Origin: Spirochaetia bacterium
Lineage (GTDB): Bacteria; Spirochaetota; Spirochaetia; UBA9216
Assembly (NCBI GenBank): GCA_965140585.1
Contig: OZ223269.1
Coordinates: 992,001 to 1,056,000, forward strand
Direction: 5' to 3'
Length of the DNA stretch: 64,000 nucleotides
Under the pieces are notes generated by a model that was given only the letters and a program-made list of their open reading frames with translations, was not told where the DNA came from and ran no database searches. The position numbers and the translations under genes are program-made. Below are positions 48,598 to 59,105 of this stretch, piece by piece. The first letter of the stretch is position 1. Every line of letters starts with the position of its first letter.

Positions 48598-50525
48598 CTT
48601 CGGCTCTTGGTGTAGTTCAATAGTCCGCCTTCAAGTATAAGCACAAGCTGTCTTTCATCCAGATCATGAACAATATTAAAGGATTTGCCGGTAGTTGTAT
48701 TTTCAGCAGCAATAGTATTTGTGTTACCGATAAGTTTTTTAATATCTTTAATCACTATCTTATCACCCTGATTTATGGATTCATAATCTTCCGGATTTTC
48801 AAAAACAAAAGGAATGATGCCGAAATTTATCAGGTTAGCCTTGTGTATCCTTGCAAAGCTTTTAACAATCACAGCTATCACACCAAGATACATAGGAGCC
48901 AGTGCTGCATGTTCCCGGCTTGAACCCTGACCGTAGTTTTCTCCGCCGATAATTAGTCCTGTTCCCGCTTTCTGAGCCTTAAGATAAAACTCAGGATCAA
49001 GGGCTTCAAAAACATGTTTTGAGATTTCGGGGATATTGGATCTTAAAGGTAAAACCTTGGCTCCCGCAGGCATGATATGGTCGGTTGTAATATTATCGCC
49101 AGTTTTGATCAGTATTTCAGCTTCAAGACTTTCACTTAAAACAGGAGCCTTGGGACAGGGCTGAATGTTCGGACCTCTTACTATCTCAACCTTTGCAGCT
49201 TCGGATTCAGAAAATGGCTTTATTATCATGTTGTCATCAATTTCTACAAAAGATGAATAGTCTTTTCGATCAATGCCTTTTATATCTCTGGGGTCTGTAA
49301 TTACACCTGTCAGCGCAGAGGCTGCTGCTGTTTCGGGCGATACAAGATAAACCAGTGCATCTGCTGTTCCGCTTCGTCCCTTGAAGTTACGGTTAAATGT
49401 TCTAAGGCTTACGGAACCGCTGGCAGGGGCAAAGCCCATACCGATACAGGCACCGCAGGCGCTTTCAAGCATTCTTGCACCGCTTTTAATCAGTTTTTTA
49501 ATGATACCTGCCTCAAGAGCGCTGTTTATAGTCTGTTTTGAGCCCGGAGCTATTCCGAGAGATACATTTTCTGCAACAGTTTTGCCATCAAGTATATCAG
49601 CAGCAATTCCAAGATCGTTGATTGACGAGTTAGTACATGAACCAATTGCAACCTGATTAAGTACTGTTCCTGCAACATCTTTAACCTTTACTACATTATC
49701 AGGCATATGAGGCTGTGCAATAAGAGGTTCAACTTCATCGAGGTTGATTTCGATCACCCTTGAATAAACCGCATCATCATCAGCTTTCTGTTCTGTCCAG
49801 ACCTCTTCACGGTTCTGAAGTTTAAGAAATTCCTTAGTTCTTTCGTCTGATGGAAAAATTGATGATGTTGCACCGAGTTCAGCACCCATGTTGGTAATTG
49901 TTGAACGCTCAGGAACTGTAAGGCTGGCTACACCGGTTCCATAGTATTCATAAACCTTACCAACACCGCCTTTTACAGTTTCATGCTGAAGAACAGTCAG
50001 GATAATATCCTTTGCTGAACACATCGGCTGAAGTTTTCCGGTAAGATGCACTCCGATTACTTCAGGAGTCTTCAGATAGAAAGGTCCTCCAGCCATTGCC
50101 ACAGCGATATCAAGCCCTCCGGCACCGATTGCAAGAGCGCCAAGTCCGCCGTCTGTCGGTGTATGTGAATCTGATCCTAGCAAAGTCTTTCCAGGAACGC
50201 CGAAACGTTCAAGGTGTACCTGATGACATATACCGTTTCCCGGTCTTGAGAAATGCAGACCATATTTGGCAGCTGCGCTCTGAAGAAAACGATGGTCGTC
50301 CATATTTTTAAAGTCATTCTGTAGAGTGTTATGATCTACATAAGATACTGAAAGCTCTGTCTTTATACGGGGGATGTCCATAGATTCAAATTGAAGATAG
50401 ACCATGGTTCCTGTGGCATCCTGGGTCAGAGTCTGATCAATTCTGATTCCAATCTCTTTTCCCTGTTCAAGTTCACCTTCAAGAAGATGGGCTTTTAGTA
50501 TCTTTTCTGTAAGTGTAAGTCCCAC
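48594..50525 (-). CDS. Aconitate hydratase
   Basis: QDATGT, GNGICHQ, GSDSHT, IGSCTN, CGACIG, TTDHI, GSSREHAA; GTG 50525 with AAGGAG RBS (ORF track starts at 50600). Confidence 0.92.
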   Translation of the reverse strand: MGLTLTEKILKAHLLEGELEQGKEIGIRIDQTLTQDATGTMVYLQFESMDIPRIKTELSVSYVDHNTLQNDFKNMDDHRFLQSAAAKYGLHFSRPGNGICHQVHLERFGVPGKTLLGSDSHTPTDGGLGALAIGAGGLDIAVAMAGGPFYLKTPEVIGVHLTGKLQPMCSAKDIILTVLQHETVKGGVGKVYEYYGTGVASLTVPERSTITNMGAELGATSSIFPSDERTKEFLKLQNREEVWTEQKADDDAVYSRVIEINLDEVEPLIAQPHMPDNVVKVKDVAGTVLNQVAIGSCTNSSINDLGIAADILDGKTVAENVSLGIAPGSKQTINSALEAGIIKKLIKSGARMLESACGACIGMGFAPASGSVSLRTFNRNFKGRSGTADALVYLVSPETAAASALTGVITDPRDIKGIDRKDYSSFVEIDDNMIIKPFSESEAAKVEIVRGPNIQPCPKAPVLSESLEAEILIKTGDNITTDHIMPAGAKVLPLRSNIPEISKHVFEALDPEFYLKAQKAGTGLIIGGENYGQGSSREHAALAPMYLGVIAVIVKSFARIHKANLINFGIIPFVFENPEDYESINQGDKIVIKDIKKLIGNTNTIAAENTTTGKSFNIVHDLDERQLVLILEGGLLNYTKSRS

Positions 50526-50692
50526 AGTTGACTCCTTTTGTCCTGATTTCGTACTATAATAACGATCATGAAATAGCAAGTCAATTCGATCCGGCTTCAT
50601 TGCCGGCTACAGCCTTGCATAAATCACCATTTTTAGGTATTACAAGTAATTAGATAAAATTGTTACTTCCTTAGTAACCCGGGGATGCACTG

Positions 50693-51400
50693 ATGGCTTT
50701 TGAAACTTCCACCTGTAAATTATTTGCAGCTATTCTGATTTCGCTTATTGCTTTCAGCGGCTGTACTAAAACTGATTCAGAATCCTCTGTCAGGGCTTCA
50801 AACACAGAGGAAAAAAGACCCGCAGTCACCGGAAAAAATACACCGGATGATACCCCCGCTGAAAAAAAAGACAATTCTGAACCATCTGCCTCAGTACATG
50901 AAAGCAGGGTACAAACCGCATCTGTATCAGAACCGGCAGGAAATGATTTTCTTCTTTATTTTGGAAAAATCCCGGAACCTGTTGTCGCAGAAGATTATGA
51001 AATAGGAGAACTTCTTTATTCAGAATCTGAAAATGTCGATGAAAGAGCAGTATACCGTACAGTCTCGCTATTTCTCAATTCTGTAATTAAAGGTGAATCA
51101 TTTACTGAAATGCTGGTTCCGGAGAAGGCAGAGTTTATCAATGTAAATACCCTCGATGCTAAGTTATCAGGCCGGTACACAGGGTTTAGAATAGGATATC
51201 CTGATTTCACATCTACACCAGTATCTGCAGCAGTCAGACTCTTTGACGAAAATTCCTCGAGAAGCGGAGAAATTTACCTTGAAAACAGGGAATCATGGAA
51301 AATTTACGATTTTCAAATGCAGCCGCGGCAAACTGCAGTTCATGAAAAATCAGATAGCTTTGAACCGGTTGAATATGGTATAAATAAAAAGAGGTTTTAA
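50693..51400 (+). CDS. Hypothetical lipoprotein
   Basis: FSGC lipobox, low-complexity linker. Confidence 0.6.
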   Translation: MAFETSTCKLFAAILISLIAFSGCTKTDSESSVRASNTEEKRPAVTGKNTPDDTPAEKKDNSEPSASVHESRVQTASVSEPAGNDFLLYFGKIPEPVVAEDYEIGELLYSESENVDERAVYRTVSLFLNSVIKGESFTEMLVPEKAEFINVNTLDAKLSGRYTGFRIGYPDFTSTPVSAAVRLFDENSSRSGEIYLENRESWKIYDFQMQPRQTAVHEKSDSFEPVEYGINKKRF

Positions 51401-51403
51401 AAA

Positions 51404-52618
51404 ATGGGAAACATCATCAGTCGTATTGAAAGGGAATTTATTATCAAGGCTCTGGATGATAATAAATTTCCTGTTGATGTACACGGAAATAAAAAAGAGG
51501 CTGAAGCTGTCATACTTAATTTTGAGAATGAAGAATATATAGAACTTTTTTCCAAAGAACGAGATCTTGACGGATTTGAAGCAAATGAACCTGTCAGAGT
51601 ATTCTTTTCATACTATGGACATGTTATGACTTTTAATTCCGTAATAATAAAAGGAAATGATGAAAAACTGAAAATAACTTTTCCTGAGAAAGTTCTTAAA
51701 AATCTGCAGAGAAAATATGAAAGGGTAGATCCTCCGAAGGATGTTCACCTGTCTTTTTTAATCGATAATATAAAATTTGAACTTGATTTTCCTCAGTCAG
51801 AACAATTCCGTCGTCTTGAGGATTACACATATACAGAGAAATTCGATACAAGCAATATAAATAACCTTATTGAAGAATTCAGAAGCATCATTTCAGGACA
51901 TTGTGATAATAATAAAATCACAATGTTCAGAGAAAAAAGACCTGAAAGCTATGAGGAAAAACTGATAGCTCAAACCGGGAAATCTTTTTTTGTACAGTCT
52001 ATTTATGAAGGTATATCAGTACCCGAAACAGAGACAGATATGGAACTGCTTGATCGGGACGATCTTGAACCTGAGGTAATTGAGGATATCTTTTCATCAA
52101 TGAAAAAGGCCGGTGTATATTCGGCACTTTATACTCCGATTCTATACCATGAATACACTGCCGGTTATATCTACCTAAGTAACACACGAAATAAAAAAAT
52201 AGCTGTTGATACCCTCGATTATGTTTCTGAATTTTCAAAGGTTCTTGCATGGACACTTGGCAAAAACGGATATTTTTCCGATGGAAAGCCGGTATCGGAA
52301 GAGTTCAGCAGCCAGATCGTTGATATAAGCGCATCGGGACTTCTGTTTACTGATAATTCTGAGAATTTAAGTGATGCTGTTAATCTATATTCTGATATAG
52401 ATATGCAGCTGACTATCGGACCGCGGAAAGTAATTGTATCAAGCCGTGTTATGCGTAAATTTCACAGCCGTGGACGAACTTTTTACGGTGTTCAGTTCAT
52501 GAGTATCAGTCCGGAAGATTTCAGATATCTGTTTGAATATGTATACGGCAGAGTATTCACAGAGAATGACAATATGCTTTGGGAAGGCGGGTCAAAGCCT
52601 CCTACACTGGAACTATAA
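51404..52618 (+). CDS. Spirochaete-type PilZ-domain protein (DUF1577-like)
   Basis: QRKYER, DISASG, YGVQF. Confidence 0.78.
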   Translation: MGNIISRIEREFIIKALDDNKFPVDVHGNKKEAEAVILNFENEEYIELFSKERDLDGFEANEPVRVFFSYYGHVMTFNSVIIKGNDEKLKITFPEKVLKNLQRKYERVDPPKDVHLSFLIDNIKFELDFPQSEQFRRLEDYTYTEKFDTSNINNLIEEFRSIISGHCDNNKITMFREKRPESYEEKLIAQTGKSFFVQSIYEGISVPETETDMELLDRDDLEPEVIEDIFSSMKKAGVYSALYTPILYHEYTAGYIYLSNTRNKKIAVDTLDYVSEFSKVLAWTLGKNGYFSDGKPVSEEFSSQIVDISASGLLFTDNSENLSDAVNLYSDIDMQLTIGPRKVIVSSRVMRKFHSRGRTFYGVQFMSISPEDFRYLFEYVYGRVFTENDNMLWEGGSKPPTLEL

Positions 52619-52637
52619 AAATGCCGAAAAGTAATAT

Positions 52638-55406
52638 ATGAAAAGGTTTATTCTGGCCGTTGAAATAAGCGGACTGCAGCAGTACTATAAAATTGACTCA
52701 GTTTTCACAGAAGATCTTATTAGCAGGCTTTCAAGAATATTGAATAATTCACAGCCGACAGCTGTTGAAGTAAACGGTTCGTTTATTCTTTTTATTATTG
52801 AATCCGAACTGCGCAATGCAATGATGGTTGCTGAATCATCAACCAGAGTCTTTGAAGCCCTTACTGAAAACGCCGAAAATCTTCATGCTTTTTCCGGAAT
52901 TCTATATTACACCGATTACCGCAACTCAACTCTGTTTCTGAATAATATTAAGCAGTCATTTTATGCAAACAGTGTAGACTATTCACTGCTCGCAGATAAT
53001 GAAACAGCCGGAGCTACCGGACTCTTTGAAGAGAGCTGCGAGGGGTCCGGCTATTTTTTTATTACAGGAAATATGACCTCAGCCAATTCTGAACGGCTGG
53101 GAACAGGAATTTATATACAGACCAGTTCGGTAACAGAAATAACTGAAAAAATCATACCAGAAGAAGAAACTCCCGCAAGTAATCAGGTTATCATCATCAG
53201 CTCGTCCAACGGTCTTAAATTAAAACATACCGCCGATGCTGTGGTATCGGCTTCCTCAGGACCGGAAAAACAATGTATAGTAAGCCATACAGTATTTGTA
53301 CCCGGAGATCGCGGTGCTGTTAAACCGATGCTGAGAGCTGTTGACAATAACTTTATCGACAGAGCAGGGGATAATTTATCCGGAGTTGAACTCAGACTAT
53401 GGGAACAGAGTAATCTGGGAAGACATTCAATTAATTCTGATTATCCTGAAAAATTATTCAAAAGCTATCTTACACTCTATTTAAAATCAAGAATCAAGTC
53501 TGTTGCTGACGGTTATCAGCCATCAATAATTTATATTGAGGGCGCTGAGAACTGCAGCACCGAAGCACTTGATTACCTTTATGAAATACTGAACTCACTA
53601 TGCGCTGATAAAAGCTGTGAATTATCAATTATTATAACTGTTAAAGGAAATTCTACAAGAATATTAGAGGTATTCACTGAATCTGTAGTTTTCAATCTTG
53701 ACGCTGAAATTTCAGGAGGCATTCCTGCAAGACTGGAATCATCTGCATCATTAAAATACATTCATAAAAAACTGCTTGGAGTCTGTAAATGGTGTGAAGG
53801 ATTATTTACCTCAGATATTCTTATCGAATTTCTAGGTCAGTACGGATTCGAACTTAAAGACATCCATAACGGTCTTAAAACACTTTCGGAAGAAGGATTA
53901 CTGTTTAACAGCCGGTATCCCTATACTGCATCAATACCTGAGGTAGATGAATTTATCAGTGAATTAACGGATATAAGGGATCTTCAATCAAGTATCGCAG
54001 ATTTTATCAATAAGGGTATTTATTCCGGTAAGATAATTGATTTCAGCCTTTCTGCTACAAGGCTTTCTCTTTTTACCGGTTCTGAATCTGTTAATAATGC
54101 ATTTTTTGACTGTCTTACCAGAGAGCTTGACAGGGGGCAGACTGATTTTGTTATAGAAACAGTTGAAAAGAATCAGAATCTTAAACCTGGTCTTCGAGCA
54201 TCACTATTGATGAGAGCTGCTCATATAAAAGGCGACAGGGAAAGCGCTGCAGCAGCCATGAATCAAATTACCGAACCGCTGAGTGCTGAAAATCATTACG
54301 ACGCAGTACTACTGCTTGAGATATCACGATATTATCATGCTGCTTCAGATTATTTTCATGCACTCCAATCTGTAAAAAAGGCTTTAATTTATCTGCAGGA
54401 TACAGGTCATCAGCGTCTTGAGGGAACAGCATTTATTGAGCTTGGCTTCATAATGCTTTGTAAAGGCAAGACCCTGGAATCTTCTGAATATCTTTATCTT
54501 GCCATAGAAAGACTCTACGGTACAGGTGATAACTACAGCCTAATGAAAGCCTACCTTTTCACTGCAGCAGGACATTACCTTCGCGGAGAACTCAAGCTGG
54601 CTATAGACAGCAATGACAAGGCTATTGAACTTGCAATTCTTTCAGGAGAAGAGAACTGGCTTTTTTCATGCCGTTTTTTTCAATGCAGAATATTTTTTGA
54701 ACTTGGAAGATATTTTGATGCTGAACGCCTGTTATCATCATGTTTGCTGCAGAATGAAATATTTCACGATGAAAATCGAAGAAAGCTTTTTTTAAGCTGG
54801 ACGGCAAGGGCATGTATTTACCAGGGAAAAGTTTACAGAGGTATCAACATGCTTAAGTCTCTTCCTGAAGACCCTGAGACTCTATATTTTCTTGCAGAAG
54901 CCATGTTTTTTAATGGGAATCTGGGAAAAGCTCTTGAATATACAGACAGCGCACTGCAGCATTCAGAATACTTCAGCCTTGGCTTTCTGCCTCTTGAGTT
55001 TCTATCATGGAAAAACGGATATGTTCAGACCGAGGGCAGAATGCTCAGGTCTGATGAAGGCACCGGAGTTCTATTTCATAATATCAGAGCTCTAAAAGCC
55101 TATCTTCTGGGCCTGTCTGGAAAAAAAGAAGAGGGGACAGAACTTCTTTACAGTCTCACACGTGAACAGAAGCTCTCAGAAAATGATCCTTATAACCGGC
55201 TTTATTTTTATTACTATGCCATACTGCTTGATCGTAAAGACAGTTCTGATTTAATAGATAAGCTTACACTTCTCAGCAAAGCATTGAAGTACCTGCAGCA
55301 GACATCAAGCCGCATCGAAGATCCAGGTGTCAGGCAGGAGTTTATGAATAAAAACTACTGGAACGCCAGGCTAGTTGCAGAGGCCAAAAAAGAAAAACTT
55401 ATATAG
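52638..55406 (+). CDS. Large hypothetical protein with C-terminal TPR-like repeats
   Basis: 922 aa; helical repeats in the C-terminal half. Confidence 0.75.
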   Translation: MKRFILAVEISGLQQYYKIDSVFTEDLISRLSRILNNSQPTAVEVNGSFILFIIESELRNAMMVAESSTRVFEALTENAENLHAFSGILYYTDYRNSTLFLNNIKQSFYANSVDYSLLADNETAGATGLFEESCEGSGYFFITGNMTSANSERLGTGIYIQTSSVTEITEKIIPEEETPASNQVIIISSSNGLKLKHTADAVVSASSGPEKQCIVSHTVFVPGDRGAVKPMLRAVDNNFIDRAGDNLSGVELRLWEQSNLGRHSINSDYPEKLFKSYLTLYLKSRIKSVADGYQPSIIYIEGAENCSTEALDYLYEILNSLCADKSCELSIIITVKGNSTRILEVFTESVVFNLDAEISGGIPARLESSASLKYIHKKLLGVCKWCEGLFTSDILIEFLGQYGFELKDIHNGLKTLSEEGLLFNSRYPYTASIPEVDEFISELTDIRDLQSSIADFINKGIYSGKIIDFSLSATRLSLFTGSESVNNAFFDCLTRELDRGQTDFVIETVEKNQNLKPGLRASLLMRAAHIKGDRESAAAAMNQITEPLSAENHYDAVLLLEISRYYHAASDYFHALQSVKKALIYLQDTGHQRLEGTAFIELGFIMLCKGKTLESSEYLYLAIERLYGTGDNYSLMKAYLFTAAGHYLRGELKLAIDSNDKAIELAILSGEENWLFSCRFFQCRIFFELGRYFDAERLLSSCLLQNEIFHDENRRKLFLSWTARACIYQGKVYRGINMLKSLPEDPETLYFLAEAMFFNGNLGKALEYTDSALQHSEYFSLGFLPLEFLSWKNGYVQTEGRMLRSDEGTGVLFHNIRALKAYLLGLSGKKEEGTELLYSLTREQKLSENDPYNRLYFYYYAILLDRKDSSDLIDKLTLLSKALKYLQQTSSRIEDPGVRQEFMNKNYWNARLVAEAKKEKLI

Positions 55407-55416
55407 CTGTAACTTA

Positions 55417-55446
55417 TTGACATAAAAGCGCGAGCTCTGGTATATT
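55417..55446 (+). promoter_or_regulatory. Sigma70 promoter of the tRNA
   Basis: TTGACA-18 bp-TATATT with TGn extended -10. Confidence 0.6.
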
Positions 55447-55472
55447 GCTGTAGCTCGGTAAGAGTGCAACTT

Positions 55473-55545
55473 GGTGGTGTAGCTCAGTTGGTAGAGCATT
55501 CGGCTCATATCCGAACGGTCAGGGGTTCAAGTCCCTTCGCCACTA
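55473..55545 (+). tRNA. tRNA with CAT anticodon, most likely elongator tRNA-Met; CCA not encoded
   Basis: GGTGGTG/CGCCACT acceptor stem, TAGCTCAGTTGGTAGAGC D arm, TTCGG-CTCATAT-CCGAA, GGTTCAAGTCC T arm. Confidence 0.93.
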
Positions 55546-55551
55546 ATATTC

Positions 55552-55587
55552 AGCTGATCAGGAATAATCCGGATCAGCTATTTTTTT
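55552..55587 (+). terminator. Intrinsic terminator after the tRNA
   Basis: AGCTGATC..GATCAGCT stem then A-T7. Confidence 0.7.
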
Positions 55588-55641
55588 ATAAAAAAAGTTG
55601 ATCAATGGAAATTCTGAACAGTTTCAGGCTATAATTAAAAT

Positions 55642-57120
55642 ATGCAGAGCTGCAGCCTTATTCTTAAACCCCATGGTCAGTTCATAACTGAATTCAAAAT
55701 TATCTACCCTGTTGAAAAAACAAAGAACCGCTACACCCTTGAGATGTATATCATTTCGGCAAAATCTTTATCTGTTGATACCAAAAAATACGGTATTTCA
55801 TCTTTTCTGAATGACCTAAAAGTTCTGATCAGATATACGACACCAAGACTTGGAATAAAAGAACTTACTGATTCTGATAACCCAAGAAGCCCTCTCACAA
55901 GAATCAGAAAAATGCTGACTGATACGGGAGATGAAGACAGTGTTAAATACCAGAATCTGCAGTATGAATTCAGAATACTGACCAGTGCACTGAGGGTTTA
56001 TCTTCGAACTATACGGGAGAATATCCAGAAGGCTGTAAAAAAAGCCGAATCACCGTCAGATATAGAAAAGAAAATTAATGTACTTTTGGATGACCTTATA
56101 CTTCTTGCCTCGGAATTCAGGGATCTGCGAAAGGAAATTAAATCTGATGAGAACAGTAAAAAATATGTAGATCTTTTTAAATGGTGTGATGAATCAATAA
56201 GTCTAAATATTCAGCGTGAACTTGGATATATCGATGGTATATGCAGAGATACTGAAATCAAGTTGGAAATAAAAACCGAAATTATTTCAGCTATCGATCA
56301 GGAAGAACAATATAGAAAAAAAAGACATTATAAAACCGTACTTACCGGCAGCAGGTCAACAAGCGGTGAAGATCTAGTTTACCGGGAAAGCATTCTCAAG
56401 AAATGGTCTCAGTCGGCATTGTATCTAAATGTTGAAAAAAGCAATACACCAGCCAGAGTAGCTCAGGTTATTGCCGGAATAGCAGCTGCAGTAGCCATGA
56501 CTTTTGCGGTTACCACAACACTGCTTACAAACAAGCTTTTGGCTCAGAATACAACAGCATGGGCAATGGCGATAGTTGTTGCATATATCTTTAAAGACAG
56601 AATAAAGGAAAGTCTGCGTGCTGTTTTAAACAGACTGGTTCCAAGACTTATCCCGGATCAGATGCATATTTTAAAGGACAGTTTAACTGAAAAACGAATC
56701 GGGCATTCACGAGCAGTTGTAAAGTTTACCAGTTCCGACAAGCTTTCTGAGGATATTACGTCAGAGCGCAATAAAAGCAGTAATCCTTTCAGACACATAC
56801 TTCCTCCGGAAGACGTCATTCAGTATACGCATGATGTAATCATTGACGGTGTTAAAGCGCATAACTTTCACAGAAGAATGGAATCTGTAACCGAGATTTT
56901 AAGACTTGATTTAAGCAGATGGATCAATCAGATGGATGATCCTGCACAAGTTTTTTATCATGCAGTCTCAGGACAGCTTAAAAGAAAAAGAATGCCAAGA
57001 GTCTATCATCTGCACCTTTTGATAAGACTGAAAAACGCAAACAACGGTGAAATAAAGCAGTACCATAACAGACTCGTTTTAAACAGAGAAGGGCTGCATC
57101 GAATAGAATCACTGAAATAA
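55642..57120 (+). CDS. Hypothetical membrane protein (helical N-domain, 2 central TMs)
   Basis: 492-aa ORF; hydrophobic IAGIAAAVAMTFAV and AMAIVVAYIFKDRIKE segments. Confidence 0.75.
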   Translation: MQSCSLILKPHGQFITEFKIIYPVEKTKNRYTLEMYIISAKSLSVDTKKYGISSFLNDLKVLIRYTTPRLGIKELTDSDNPRSPLTRIRKMLTDTGDEDSVKYQNLQYEFRILTSALRVYLRTIRENIQKAVKKAESPSDIEKKINVLLDDLILLASEFRDLRKEIKSDENSKKYVDLFKWCDESISLNIQRELGYIDGICRDTEIKLEIKTEIISAIDQEEQYRKKRHYKTVLTGSRSTSGEDLVYRESILKKWSQSALYLNVEKSNTPARVAQVIAGIAAAVAMTFAVTTTLLTNKLLAQNTTAWAMAIVVAYIFKDRIKESLRAVLNRLVPRLIPDQMHILKDSLTEKRIGHSRAVVKFTSSDKLSEDITSERNKSSNPFRHILPPEDVIQYTHDVIIDGVKAHNFHRRMESVTEILRLDLSRWINQMDDPAQVFYHAVSGQLKRKRMPRVYHLHLLIRLKNANNGEIKQYHNRLVLNREGLHRIESLK

Positions 57121-57142
57121 AAAGCCGCCCTTTCGGACGGCT
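57118..57142 (-). terminator. Intrinsic terminator
   Basis: Minus strand AGCCGTCC-GAAA-GGGCGGCT then T run. Confidence 0.7.
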
Positions 57143-57166
57143 AAAGCTTTATAATAACAATTATTC

Positions 57167-57976
57167 TTATCTGTTATTTCCCTGCCCACGGTTAATTTTA
57201 AAACCGAAATCAAGTTCAAAATTGTAAACTTCGCCGGCCCGCACTGTAATTGTTTCCTGAACAGCAAGACCGCCGCTTGTTACCCTGATGGTGTGCTGAC
57301 CCGGAAGAAGTTCAAGAACGTTTCCGTTTATCTCGCTTCCGTTGTCATAAATTTTTATTCTACCTGCAGGGTTTGAAGTAGTGTAATCGAGCATTGAATT
57401 AGGAATGATTATATTTACTCTCGCAGTCTGCGGCTGAAGCGGAATATTCAGCGTCATTGTGCTGTTAACATTAACTGTCTGCTGAACAGGAGAGTATCCC
57501 GGGGCATTCACACGTACAGTATACGTTCCAGGTGTCAGATTGGCTGTAAAACTTGCGTTTCCGGAAATCTGGCCGTTTATACCATTGCCCTGAATAACAA
57601 CACGGGCATTCTGTACATTACTTGTGACTGTCAGGTTTACATTCTGCTGCTGTAGGTTGAAGTTCAGGGTAGAGTTGGAATTGAGATTTATTTCCTTAGT
57701 TTCAGCATTGAAACCAGGATAACTAACAGTTACCCGATAACCCCCGGGTGCAAGCTGCACAGTGAAAGGAGCCTTTCCTCTTGTCTGACTGTTACCGTTT
57801 ACAGGAACTATCAATACTGCTGCTGTTCTTATGTCACAGTTCACTGTAAGGCTGTAGGTTGCACTCTGTGTACTTGTACTTCCGCCAAGACTTCCTCCAC
57901 GCTGAGCAAATACTGACACAGAAGACATAAGAAGAAGCACAAGTAATAATGCTGTAATTTTCTTAGTTTTTATCAT
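57167..57976 (-). CDS. PEGA-domain exported protein (about 3 repeats)
   Basis: Signal peptide; LAPGGYRVTVSYPGF, LTPGTYTVRVNAPGY, LLPGQHTIRV. Confidence 0.8.
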   Translation of the reverse strand: MIKTKKITALLLVLLLMSSVSVFAQRGGSLGGSTSTQSATYSLTVNCDIRTAAVLIVPVNGNSQTRGKAPFTVQLAPGGYRVTVSYPGFNAETKEINLNSNSTLNFNLQQQNVNLTVTSNVQNARVVIQGNGINGQISGNASFTANLTPGTYTVRVNAPGYSPVQQTVNVNSTMTLNIPLQPQTARVNIIIPNSMLDYTTSNPAGRIKIYDNGSEINGNVLELLPGQHTIRVTSGGLAVQETITVRAGEVYNFELDFGFKINRGQGNNR

Positions 57977-57982
57977 ATAAAT

Positions 57983-58999
57983 TTACTCCCAGGATATTGC
58001 TCTGATTCCATCATAAGCATCATCGGCATTACCTGCAGAGGCAACATAAAGATTACCACTGCTATAATCCAATCTAAGAACCTTTAGTGTATCTTCATCA
58101 GTATTCCAAGGAAGAATCCACGTACCATAATGTTCTTCTCCGAACATTACATCCACTTGAGCCATAGGTGATGGATATTCGCCGATAAGCCCTGTCAGCG
58201 ACTGATATGGCACAGTATCATAGCCGCTTATCTCATCTTCTTCATCATCCCAGTAGGAATCAACATAGAAATAAAGAACATCTAGATTATCTAGCCATTC
58301 TGTGGCACCACTATATATAGAAATAGTTTCAACCCTTGGTATTGTTGAAGAGGTCTTTTTAGGACCGTAAGTTGAACTGTAAACATCTCTATCCAGGTAT
58401 ATACCAGATGTTGAGCCTCTGGCGCCTGAATAGATTTTGCTACGAACTCCTGTTGGGTTGACATCCAGCGAATCCCAGTCCTGGATTGCAGAATCTGCTT
58501 CTGCACCATAAGTAAGAATGGAATCGACATCAATTGCTGCATTTTCCCAGCTTGTAATTATTGTAAATACACCAGCACCAGCTGCTGGGTAGGCAAAAAG
58601 ATCTGGAAAATCGCCGCTACTGCCACTTGCTTCAATAAATCTTGGAACAAATGTCCAGTAATTAGTTGAGTCAGAACCGTTTAAAAGATACTGACCGCTT
58701 GGAAGTGAATAAAAAGTAAAACTTCCGGAAGTGCTTACAGTTGCAGTATAATCCGCAGTGCTTGAAAATGTTCCATTGGAAGAATCATAGGCATACAATT
58801 CTACTGTTGCTCCGGCAAGAGTATAACTACCGTCTTTCCAATAAAAATCTGAATCACCTTCAGATTTTACATTAACAGCTGTACCTGAATAATCATAAAA
58901 AGTAAATGTAATCTCACAGCCGGATACAATAAATACTATTGCCGCCGTGACCAGAATTAAGGCTATTGAAAATATTGCTTTCTTTTTTACTGATTTCAT
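57983..58999 (-). CDS. Hypothetical lipoprotein with prealbumin/SdrD-B-like N-domain
   Basis: VSGC lipobox; LAGATVELY..GSFTFYSLPSGQY. Confidence 0.65.
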   Translation of the reverse strand: MKSVKKKAIFSIALILVTAAIVFIVSGCEITFTFYDYSGTAVNVKSEGDSDFYWKDGSYTLAGATVELYAYDSSNGTFSSTADYTATVSTSGSFTFYSLPSGQYLLNGSDSTNYWTFVPRFIEASGSSGDFPDLFAYPAAGAGVFTIITSWENAAIDVDSILTYGAEADSAIQDWDSLDVNPTGVRSKIYSGARGSTSGIYLDRDVYSSTYGPKKTSSTIPRVETISIYSGATEWLDNLDVLYFYVDSYWDDEEDEISGYDTVPYQSLTGLIGEYPSPMAQVDVMFGEEHYGTWILPWNTDEDTLKVLRLDYSSGNLYVASAGNADDAYDGIRAISWE

Positions 59000-59105
59000 A
59001 TTATTATTATTTTCCTCCTGATAGTGTTTAGGGTATTAATTATAACACTTTTCAATTGCATTATCGTCACATTGAGTCTAAAAAAAGATTATTTGAGGAA
59101 TTGGA

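Noticed and set aside
55447-55468. GCTGTAGCTCGGTAAGAGTG upstream of the tRNA resembles its 5' end
   Set aside because: Short and imperfect; att duplications normally involve the 3' end, and no 3' duplicate or integrase was found
55473-55545. Initiator tRNA-fMet or tRNA-Ile2 identity
   Set aside because: Lacks the three G-C anticodon-stem pairs and C1 mismatch of fMet; acceptor stem and loop resemble elongator Met. Ile2 is less likely but not excluded without tRNAscan-SE/TFAM
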